A stretch of DNA of 64,000 bases, from the NCBI RefSeq assembly GCF_009914755.1, contig NC_060938.1, one strand, 5' to 3'. Origin of the DNA: the human T2T-CHM13v2.0 reference genome, Homo sapiens. The notes beneath the pieces were generated by a model. The model made no database searches. It worked only from the letters and a program-made list of their open reading frames with translations, and had not been told where the DNA came from. Of the stretch, positions 48,501 through 61,015 are shown one piece after another (within the stretch, counting starts at the first letter, position 1; each line of letters begins with the position of its first letter). Position numbers and translations under genes: made by a program.

Positions 48501-51500
48501 GACTGGAATGCAATGGAAATGAATGGACTGGACTGGAATGGAATGTTCTAGAATAAAATGGCATCGAATGAAATGTAAAGTACTGGAACGGAATGTATTC
48601 CAATGAAATGGCCTGGAAAGGAATTAACTCGAACGTAACTGACTTGAATGGAATGCAATTGAATGGCAAGGAATAGAATGTAATGGAATGGAATGGATTG
48701 GAATGAAATGGAATGGAATGGAATGGAAAGGAATGGAATGGAATGGAAGAGAATAGAATGGAATGGAATCGAATGGAGTGGACTATAATGGAATGGATTG
48801 GAAAGGAATGGATTCAAATGGAATGGAATCGAATGGAGTGGATTTGAATGGAATGGACTTGAGTGGCATAGATTCAAATGGAATGGACTGGAATGGAATG
48901 CCTTTGAATGGAATGGAATAGAATGGGATGGAATCGAATGGAATGGAATCGAATTGAGTGGACTCAAATGGAATGGACTCGAATGTACTGGACTCAAAGG
49001 GAATGGACTCGAATGGAATGGAATCTAAATGAATGGAATGGAATCAAAAGGAATGGAATCGCAAGGAATGGAATGGCATGGAATGGAATGGATTGGAATG
49101 GAATCGAGTGGAATGGATTGGAATGAAATGTACTGGAATGGAATGGACTGAAAGGGAACATTCTCGAATGGAATGGAATAGAAAGGAATGGACTCGAATG
49201 GAATTGAAACAACTGGAATGGAATCTAGTGGAATGGAATGGAATGGAATGGAGTGGAATGGACAGGAATGGAATGGATTCGAATAGAATGAACATGAATG
49301 GAATGGATTCAAATGGGATGGACTCGAATGGAATGCATTTGAATGGAATGGAATTGAATGGAATGGAATCAGATGGAATGGACTGGAATTGAATGGATTC
49401 ATACGGAGTGGACTCGAATGGAATGGACTCGAAATGAAAGGAATCCATTGTAATGGAACAGAACGGTATGGAAACGACTTGAATGGAAAGGATTCAAATG
49501 GAATGCAATGGAATGGAATGAAATGGAATGGAATCAAAACGAATGGAATCGAGTGGAAGTCTTGAATGGAATGGAATCTAATGGAATGGAATGGAATGGA
49601 ATGGAATGGACTCCAATGGAATGCACTGGAATAGAATGGACTCGAAAGGAAAGGACTCGAATAGAAAGGACAAAAAGGAAAGGAATCAAAAGGAATGGAA
49701 TCGATGGCAATAGAATCGAATGGAATGGAATAGAAAGGAATGCAAACGAATGGAACGGAATGGTATGGAATGGAATGGAATGGAATCAAATGGAAAGTAA
49801 TTGAGTGGAATGTAGATGAAAGGATAAGAATCTAATGGAATGGAATCTAATGCAATGGAATCGGACAGAATGGAATGGAATGGAATAGAATGGAATGAAA
49901 TGGAATGGAATCAAATGTAATGGACCGGAATTGAGTGGACCCGAATGGAATGGATTGGAATGGAATGAACTCAAATGGAATGCAATAAAATGGAATGGAA
50001 TCGAATGTAATGGAATCAAATGGAATGGAATTGAATAGAATGGAATCGAATGGAATAGACGAATAGAATCGACTAGAATGGATTGGAATCAAATATAATA
50101 GAATGTAATTTAATGGAATGGAAAGGAATGGAATCAAATGGAATGAACTCGAATGGAATGGACTGGAATTGAATGGACTCGAATGGAATGGACTTGAAAG
50201 GAATGGAATCTAATGGAATGGAAACAAATTGAATGGAATCGATTGGAATGGACTGGAAAGGAATGGACTGGAAAGGAATGGAATGGAATGGAATCCAAAG
50301 GAATGGAATGGAATGTAACAGAATTGAATGTAACAGAATAGAATGGAATGAAATCAAATGAAAAGGGATCAAATGGAATGGAATCATATGGAGTGGAATC
50401 AAATTAAATGGAATGGAATCGAATGGAATGGAATCAAATTGAAAGGAGTCGAATGGCACGGAATGGAATCGAATGGATTGCAGTGAAGTGGAGTGGAGTG
50501 GAATGGACTGGGATGGAATGGAATTGAATGTAGAGGACGGGAGTGGAGTTGAATGGACTCAAATGGAATGGAAGGGGAAGGAATGGAATTGAACGGAATG
50601 GAGTATAATGGAGTGGAGTGGAATGTAATGCAATGGAATGGAATGGAATGGAATAGAATGGAATGGAGTTAATGGATTGCAAAGGAGTGGAATGGAAGGA
50701 AGTGGAGTTGGATGGAATGGAGTATAGTGGAGTGGAGTGGAGTGGAATGGAATGGAATGGACTCCAAAGGACTGGAGTCAAATGAAATGTAATTGAAAGC
50801 AATGGAATGGAACGGAATGGAATGGACTCCAAAGGACTGGAGTCGAACGGAATGGAATTGAATGCAAAGGAATGGAATGGAATGGAATGGAACGGAATGC
50901 AATTAAATGAAATGGAAAGGAACGCAATGGAATGGAATGGAGTGGAATGCAATGGAATCAAATTGAATGGAATGGAATCGAACAGAATGGAATGGAATGG
51001 AATTAAATGCAATAGAAAGGACTGGAATAGAATGGAATGGAATGGAATCGAATCGAATTTAATGGAATCAATTAGAATGGGACCGAATAGACTGGAATGG
51101 AATGGTGTGGAATGGACTAGAATGGAATGGAATGGAAAGGAAAGGGCTCGAATGGAATGGACACGAATGGAATCGAATAGAGTGGAATGGAATGGTGTGG
51201 AATGGACTAGAATGGAATGGAATGGAAAGGAAAGGGCTCGAATGGAATGGACCCGAATGGAATGGAATCAAATGCAATGGAATGCAAAGGAACAGAATAG
51301 AATGGAATGGAAGGTAATGGACTCTAATGTAATGGAATGCAATGCTATGGACTCGAATGGAATGGATTCAAATGGAATGGACTCGAAAGGAACGGACTCG
51401 AATGGAATGGAATCTAATGGAAAGGAATTGAATGAAATGGACTGGAAGGGATCGGTTTCGCACGGAATGGAATGGAATAGAATGGAATGGAATGGAATGG

Positions 51501-54500
51501 AATCGAATGGAATGGACTGAAATGGAATGGACTCCAATGGAATGGACTCCAATGGAATGGACTTGAAAGGAATGCAATCGAATGGAATGGAATCGAACGG
51601 AATGGATTCGAAGGGAATGAAATGCAATCAAATGGAATGGAATCAAACGGAGTGGAATGGAATGGAATGGAATGGACTCGAATGTAAAGGACTGGAACGG
51701 AAAGGACTGGAATCAAATGGACTCACATGGAATGGAGTCAAATGGAATGCAATCAAATAGAATAGAACAAAATGGAATGGAATGGAATCGAATGGAATGG
51801 AATATATTCGAATATAAAGGACTGGAATGGAATGTACTTGAATGAAATGGACTTGAATGAAAAGGATTTGTATGGAATGCACTCAAATGGAATGGAATTA
51901 AACAAAATGGACTCGAATGGAATGCAGTCGATTAGAATGGAATCGAATGGGGTGGAATCTAATGGAATGGACTGCAATGGAATGGACTCCAAAGAATGGA
52001 CTCGAATGGAATAGACTCGAATGTAACGTAATGTAATGAAATCGTAAAAAATGGGATGGACTCGATTGTAATGGATTGTAATGCAATAGACTAGCATGGA
52101 ATGGACTCCAATGGAATGGAACAAAATGGAATGGAAAGGATTGGAATGTACTCGAATTTAAATGACTAGAAAGGAATGGACTTGAATGGAATTGACTCGA
52201 ATGGAATACAGTCGAATGGAATGGAATGCAATGGAAAGGAAAGGAGTGGAATGGAATGGACAGTAATCGAATGGACTTGAAAGGAAGGGACTCGAATGGA
52301 ATGTACTCGAATGGAATGCAATCGAATGGAATGGAATCGAATGGAATGGAATCAAAAGGAATGGACTGGAATGAAATAGAATGGAATGGAATGGACTCGA
52401 TTGGAATGGACTGGAATGGAATAGACTCAAAAGGAATGGACTCAAATGGAATGCAATCGACTGCAATGGAACTGAATGGAGTGGAATCGAACGGAATGGT
52501 ATTCAATGGAATGGACTCTAATGGAATGCAATAGAATCGAAAGGACACTAATGGAATGAACTGGAATGGACCGGTCTCGAATGGAATGGAAAGGAATGGA
52601 ATGGACTGGAACGGAATCTAATGGAATGGACTCGAATAGAATGGACTCGAATTGAAAGGATTCGAATGGAATGGACGCGAATGGTCTGGAATTGAATCGA
52701 ATCGAATGTAATGGTCTCTAATGGATTGGTCACGAATGGAATGGAATCAAATGGAACGGAATCAAATGAAATGGACTCGAATGAAATGTAATCGAATGGA
52801 ATGGAATCAAATAGAATGGAATAGAATGGAATGGACTTAAATTTAATGGATTGGAATGGAACAGTCTGGAATGGAATGGAATTGAATGGAATGGAATGGA
52901 GTATAACGGAATGAAATGGAATGGAATCGAATAGAATGGAAAGGAATGGAATGGAATGGAATCGAATGCAATGTAAAGGCATAGAATGGCACAGAACGGA
53001 ACGGAATTGAAAGGAATAGAATCTAATGGAATGGAATGGAATTGATTCCAATGGAATGGACTGGAATGGAATAGAATGGAAGGGAATTTATTCACATGGA
53101 ATGGGCTGGAATGGAATTGAGTGGAATGGAATGGACTACAAGGGAAAGAACATGAATGGAATGGAATTCAATAGAATGGAATCGAATGGAATGGAAGGGT
53201 ATGGAATGAAATATAATGCAGTCGAATGGAATGGAATGGATTGGAAAGGAACGGAATGGAATGGAATAGAATCGAATGGAATGGACTGTAACAGATTCGA
53301 CTGGAAAGGAATGGAGTCCTATGGAACGGATTCAAATGGAATGGATTCGCATCGAATGGATACGAGTGGTCTGGAATGGAATGGACTCGAATGCAATGGT
53401 CTCCAATAGAATGGACTCGAATGGAATGCAATTGAATGGAAAGGAATAAAATTTAATGGAATCGAATGGAATGGAATCGAATGGAATGGAATCGAGTGGA
53501 AAGGAATAGAATCGATACGACCCGAATGGAATGAACTAGAATAGAACGGTCTCCAATGGAATGGAATCGGGTGGAATGGAATCGATTGGAATGGAAAGAA
53601 AATGAAAAGAATGGAAAGCAATAGAATGAAAAGGAATGGAATGAAATGGAGTCAATCGAATTGACTAGAATGGAATGGAATGTACATGAAAGTAATGAAC
53701 TGGAATGGAATGGAGTTGATTCGAATTGTGTCTAACGGAATGGAATCGAAAGGAATGGAATCCAATGGAATGCAATCACAAGGATTGGAAAGGAATGGAA
53801 TGGACTCGAATGGAAGGGAATAAAATGGAATGGAAAGGAGTGGACTGGAATGGCATGGACTCGAAAGGAATGGACTGGAATGGAACCGTTCCGAATGAAA
53901 TGGACCCGAATGGATTGGAACTGAAAGGTATGGTATTGAATGGAATGGAATCGAATGGAATGGAATGGACTGGAATGTAATAGAATGGACTGGAATGAAA
54001 TGGACTGAATGGAATAGACTAGAATGGAATGGAATCAAATGGAATGGGCTCGAAGGAATGTATTCGAATGGAATGGAATCAAATGGAATGGAATAGAATG
54101 GAAGGGACTTGAATTGAATGGATTGTTACGGAACGGTATTGAATGGAAGGGAATGGAATGGATTGGAATGGAATGCAATGGACTGGAATGGAATAGACTC
54201 AAAAGGAATGGAATCGAATTGAATGGAATTGAACGGAAGGGAATCAAATGGAATGGAAGCGAATGGAATGGAACGGAATGGAATGGAATTGAATGGAAAA
54301 TAAGGGAATATAATGGAATGGACTCTAATGGAATGGACTCCAAGGGAAGAGAATAGAATGGAATAGAATGGAATGGAATGGAATGGACACGAATGCAATT
54401 GATTGGAGTGGTGTGGAATGGAATGAAAGGGAATGGACTCTAATGGAATGGAACGCAATGAAATGGAATGGAAATCAATGGAAAGGAATCGAATGGAAAG

Positions 54501-57500
54501 GAATGGAATATAATGGAATCAAATGGAATGGAAGGGAATGGAATGGATTCGAATGGAACGTAATGGCATGAAATGGAAGGGAATTGAATGGAATGTATTG
54601 GAATGGAGTGGAATGGAATGGCATGGAATGGAATCAAAAAAATGGAATTGATTATCATAAAATCTAATGGAATGGAATAGAATATATTTGAATGGAATGG
54701 ACTGGAATGGAATGGAATCAAAAAATTGGAATGGAGTGGAATGGAATGTAGTGTAATGGAATGGAATGGAATGGACTTGAAAGGAATCAAATGTAATGGA
54801 CTAGAATTGCGTGGAATTGTATGGAATGGAATGGAGTAAAATGGAGTGGACTGGAATGGAATGGAATAAAATGGAATGGAATCTAATGGAACGGAATCAA
54901 TTGGAATGGCCTCGAATTGAATGGATCCGAAAGAATTGTCTCGAATGGAATGGGAAGACTCGAATGTAATGAAACGGACTGGAATTGAATGGAATTGTAT
55001 GCAATCGACTCGAACATAATCGACTGAATTGGAATGGAGTCAAATGGAATAGAAGCGACTGCAATGGAATCAAATGGAATTTAATTGAACTGAAAGAAAT
55101 TCAATGGAATGGAATGGAATGGAAAGGAATTGAATGGATTGGTATGGAGTGGAATGTAACGGACTCGAAAGGAATGTACACGAATGGAATGGAATTGAAT
55201 GGATTGGAATCGAGTGGAATGATATCAAATTGAATTGAATCAAATGGAATGGAATGGAATGGAATGGAATGGAATGGAATGGAATGGAATGGAATGTGAC
55301 GGAATGGACTCAAATGGAATGGACTCAAAGGGAATGGAATAGAACAGAATGGAATGGAAAGGAATGGAAACGATTTGAATGGAATGGAATGGATTCAAAT
55401 GGAACGGAATGGAATGAAATGGAATGGAAGTGAATGGAATGTCATGGCATGGAATGGAATGGAATGTACTCGAAAGGAATGGAATGAAACGGACTGCAAT
55501 GGAATGGAAAGTAGTGGAATCGAATGTAATGGAATGGCACGAGATGGAATCAAATGCAATGGAATCGAATATAATGTAATGTAAAGGAATGGAATGGAAT
55601 GGAAACGAAAGGAATGGCATGGCACAGAAAGGAATGCAATGGATTCGAATTGAACCAAAAGGAAAGAAATGGAATGGAACTGAAAGGAATGGAATGGAAT
55701 GGAATGGAATGGCCTTGAATGCAATGGAAAGGAATGGAAAAGAATGTACTAGAATGGAATGGAACGGAATGGAATGGAATGGAATGGAATGGAATGGAAT
55801 GGAATAGAATTGTATGGAATGCAATTGCATGGAATGGAATTGAACACAATGGAATGGAGTGGAATGGAATGGAATGCACTTGCATGCAATGGAATCAAAA
55901 GGAATGGTATCGAATGGAATGGAATCGAATTCAATAAATTGGAATGGAATGGCCTCGAAAGGAATGGAATTGAAAGGAATGGAACGAAATGCAATCAAAT
56001 GGAATCAAATGGAATTAAATGGACTGGAATGGAATAGACTGGAAAGTAATGGACTGGAATGGAATGGAATCGAATGGAATGGAAACAAAAGGAATGGAAT
56101 CAAATGGAATGGAATCCAATGGAATGGACTCTAATGGAATGGATTGGAATGGAACGGTCTTGAAAGGAATGGAATTGAATGGAATGAAATGGAATAGTAT
56201 TAAAGGCAATGGAATGAAATGGAATCGAATGGAAAGGAAAGGAATGGAGTGGGATGGAATGGAAACGAATTGAATGGAATGGAATGACAAGGAATGGAAT
56301 CGAATGAAATAGAATCTAATGGAATGGAATGGAATTGATTCAAATGGAATGTACTCGAATGGAATGGACTCAAATGGAGTGGAGTGTAATGGAATGGAAA
56401 GGACTCAAATATTATGGGCTGGAATGCAATGGACTCGAATGGAACAGACTCGAATGGAATAAAATGGATTGGAATGGAATGGAAAGGAATGGACTTGAAT
56501 GTAATGGGCTGGAATGCAGTTGATTGTAATGGAATGTATTTGAATGGAATGGCTTTCAATGTAATGTAATATAACCGAATGGAATGAAATGGAATGGAAT
56601 GGGAAGGAATAGAATGGATTGGAAAGGACTCGAATGTAGTGGGCTCCATTGGAATGGAATCCAAAGGAATGAAATAGAATGGAATGGAATCCAATGGAAT
56701 GGAATAGAATGGATTGGAATCCAATGGAATGGAATCAAATGGAATGGAGTGGAATGCGATGGACTCGAATGAAATGGACTGGAATGTAATTGTCTCTAAT
56801 GGAAAGCAATGGAATGGAATGGAATCAAATCGAATGGAATGTAATCGATTGGAATAGAATGGAAGTGAATGGAATGGACTCCCATGGAATGTACTCGAAC
56901 AGAAAGCAATCAAATGGAATCAAATCAAATAAAATGCAATAGAATGGAATGGAATGAAATGGAACGGAAAGGAACTGATTGAAAACAAACTGAATGGAAT
57001 AGAATGGAATCCAAAGGATTCGAATGGAATGGAATGGAATGAAATGGAATTGAATGGAATGGAAAGGAATGGAATCGATTCGAATGGAATGGAATGGCAT
57101 GGAATGGAATCGAATAAAATGGAATGAAATTGAATGGAATGGGATGGAATGAAGTGGACTGGAAAGGATTCGAAAAGAATGGACTGGAATTGAGTGGAAC
57201 TGTATGGAATGGAACGGACTCGAATGGAATGGAATCGAATGAAATGGAGTCGAATTGAATGTGTCCAACTCGAACGCTGTCCAGTGTAATGTAATGGGAT
57301 GGAAGGGAATGGAATTTAATGCAATGGAAAGACTAGAATGGAATAAAATGGAATGGAATGGAATGGAATAGAATGTAATGGACTGCAATGGAATGGACTC
57401 GAATGGAATGCACTAGAGTACAAAGGAATTGAATGCAATTTAATCGAATGGAATGAAATCCAATGGAATGGAATGGAATGCAATGCATTGGAACAGACTG

Positions 57501-60500
57501 GAATGTAATGTACTCGAATGGAATTCACACGAATGGAATGAAATTGAATGCAATCGATGTGAATGGAATGGAATCAAATCGAATGGAATGGAATGGAATG
57601 GAATGGAATGGAATGGAATGGAATAGATTATAATGGAAAAGAATAGAATGGAATGGAATGGAGTTGAATGGACTCGAATCGAATGGATTCAAAGGGAATG
57701 GAATGGAACATAATACAATGGAAAGGAATGGAATTGACTCGAATGGAATAGAATGAAGTGGAATGGAATGGAATTGATCGCAATGGATTCCAATGGAATG
57801 GAAAGGAAAGAAATGGAATGGAATTGAATGGAATGCCCGGAAATCAATTGGAATGGAATGGCAGGTAATGGAATCTAATGGAATCGAATTAAATGGAAAA
57901 GAATCGAATGAAATGGAAAGGAATTGAATAGAATGGATTTGAATGGAATGGAATGGAATTTAATATAATGGAATGGACTGGAAATGAATGGAAGCGAATG
58001 GAATGGAATCGAATGGAATGGACTCGAATGGAATGGAATGGAATGGAATCGTCTCAAGTGGAATGGAATGGAATAGAATGGAATGGAATCGAATGAAACT
58101 GAATGGAATTTAACGGAATTGAATGGAATGGAATGGAATCGAATAGAAGGGAACCAAATGGAATGGTGTGTAATTGAATGAAGTAGAATGGAATGGACTC
58201 CAATGGAATGAACTCGAATGGAATGGAATGAAACGGAATGGAATGTTATAGAACGGAATCGAATGGAGTCAAATGGAATGGAATGGATTGGAATGGAATG
58301 GAATGGAATAGAATCAAATGGAATGGAATCACATGGAATGGACTGGAACGCAATGAACGGGAATGGAATTAACTCAAATGGAATAAACTCGAATGGAATG
58401 GATTGCAATGGAATGGAATCTGATGGAATGGAATAGAATGGAATGGACATGAATGGACTGAACTGGAATGGAACGGTCTCGAATGGAATGGAATCGAATG
58501 GAATGATATCAAATGGAATTGAATGGAACGGAAAAGATTGGAGTGGTATGGAATGAAATTGACACAACTGAATTGACTGGAATGGAATGGAATGTACTCG
58601 AATGAAATGGACTGAATGGAATGGCCTCGAAAGGAATGGAGTCGAATTGAAAGGAATCGAAAGGAATGGAATCCAATGGAATGGAATTACAAGGAATGGA
58701 AATGAATGGAATGGAATCAAATGGATGGGAATTGAATGGAATGGAAAGAGCTGGACTGGAATGGAATGGACTCGAAAGGAATAGACTGGAATGGAACCCT
58801 CTGGAATAAAGTGGAGACGAATGGATTGGAATTCAAAGGAATGGATTCGAATGGAATGGAATCGAATGGAATGGAACGGAATTGAAGGGAATAGAATGGA
58901 CTTGAATGTAATTGACTGAATGGAACGGACTCAACAGGAATGGAATCGAATGGAATGGAATCAAAAGGAATGGACTCGAAAGGAAGGTAATCAAATGGAA
59001 TGGAATCAAATGGAATACAATCAAACGGAAAGAACTACGATTGAATGGATCGGAAAGGAATGGTATTGAATGGAATGGAAGTGAATGGAACGGAATGGAG
59101 TGGAATGGAAGGTAATGGAATAGAATCGAATGGAATGGAAAAGAATGGAATGGAATGGAATGGAATGGACTGCAATGGAATGGAATGTACTCAAATCTAG
59201 TGAACTGGAATGGAATGGATTAGAATGGAATGGAGTCGAATGGAACGGAATCAAATGGAATGGATTCTAATGGATTTGAATCCAAAGAAACAAAAAAAAA
59301 TCGAAAGCACTCTAATGAAAGGAAATTGAATGGAATGGAATATATTGGACTTGAGTGGAATGGACTCGAAAGGAATGGACTTGACTGGAATCATCTTGAT
59401 TAAAGTGGACCCAAATTGATTGGAATAGACAGGAATGGAATTGAAAGAAATAGAATCAAATGGAGTTGACTCGAATGGAATGTAATCAAATGATAAGGAA
59501 TCAGCTGGAATGGAATAGAATGGAATGGACTTCAATTGAATGGATTTGAATGTAATTGTCTCGAATGGAATTGAATGGAATGGATAGGAGTGGAATAAAA
59601 TGGAATGGAATGGAATGGAATGAAATGGAATGGAAAGGAATGGAATGGAATGGAATCGAATCGAAAGGAATGGCCTGGAATGTAATTGCATGGAATGAAA
59701 TCGAACTGAATAGAATCTAATGAAACGGAATGCAATTGATTCGAATGGATTGGACTGGAAAGGAATGGAATCGAACAAAATGAGATGGAATGGAATGGTA
59801 TGGAATGGAATGGATTCGAATGGAAAGGAATGAAATGGAATGGAATAGAATGGAATGCAATGGACTGGAAAGGATTCAAATGGAAAGGACTGGAATTCAG
59901 TGGAATCGTATGGAATGGAATAGAATGCAATGGAATGGAATGGAATGGACTCGAATGGAATGCAGTCGAATAGAATGGAATCTAATGGAATGGAATCGAA
60001 TGGAATGGACTCTAATTGAATGGATCAGAATGGAACTGTCTCGAATGCAAAGGAAAGGAATGAAAAAGACTCGAATGGAAAGGAAAGGAATGGAATGGAA
60101 TAGAAATTTACTGATTCGAATGGAATGGACGGGAATGGAATGGAATCACATGGAATGGAATGGAATGGAATGGAAGGGAATGGACTCAAATGTAATGGAC
60201 TTGAATGGAAAGGACTCGAATGGAATGGAGCGAAATGACATGGAATGGAATGGAATGGACTCGAATGTAATGGACTGGAATGGCATGGACTCGAAGGGTA
60301 TTGACTTGAATGGAATGCAATGGAATAGTATGGAATGGAATGGAATCAAATGTAATGGACTGGAATGGAATGTACCCGAATGGAATGGACTCGAATGGAA
60401 TGGATTCCACTGGAATGGAGTCGAATGGAATGCAATTGAAAGGAAAGGAATCGAATGGAATGGAATCAAAAGGAATGCAATCATGCACTAGAATGAATTG

Positions 60501-61015
60501 GACTTCTTTGGATTGGACTCGAATGGATAACAATTGAATGGAATGGAATTGAAAGGAATGGAATCAAATGGAATGGAATCGAATCGAATGCATTGGAATG
60601 GAAGGGACTCAAATGGAATGGACTGGAATGGAATGGTCTTGAATGGAATGGAATCGAATGGAATGCATTACAATCGAAGGGACTCAAATGGAATGGACAG
60701 GAATGGAATGGTCTTGAATGGAAAGGACTCTAATGGAATGGAATGGAAAGAATGGCATGGAATAGAATGGAATGGAATGGAATCGAATGTAATGGACTGG
60801 AATGGAATGGAAAGAATGGAATGGAATAGAATGGAATGGAATGGAATGGAAAGTAATGGACTGGAATGGAATGGACTCGAATGAAATTGACTCGAATGGA
60901 ATGGACTCCATTGGAATGGACTCCAATGGAATGCAATCGAATGGAATGCCACCGAATGGAAGGGACTGGAATGGAATGGACTCAAATGGATTTGAATGGA
61001 ATGGAATGGAATTAA
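45591..61015 (+). repeat. HSat3 (CATTC)n/(GGAAT)n array, diverged, rich in GGACTCGAAT and GAATCGAAT variants
   Basis: Dominant GGAAT with frequent GGACT, CGAAT and CAAAT pentamers and TCGA sites. No Alu modules. Confidence 0.92.

Noticed and set aside
59283-59302. A-rich interruption (CAAAGAAACAAAAAAAAATCG) as a retroposon tail
   Set aside because: No upstream element or target-site duplication is visible, and it is explicable as decayed pentamers.
45591-61015. A defined kilobase-scale HOR in the central HSat3 block
   Set aside because: Some distant similarities exist (e.g. ~52750 versus ~59450), but I could not establish a consistent period by eye. It needs a dot-plot.
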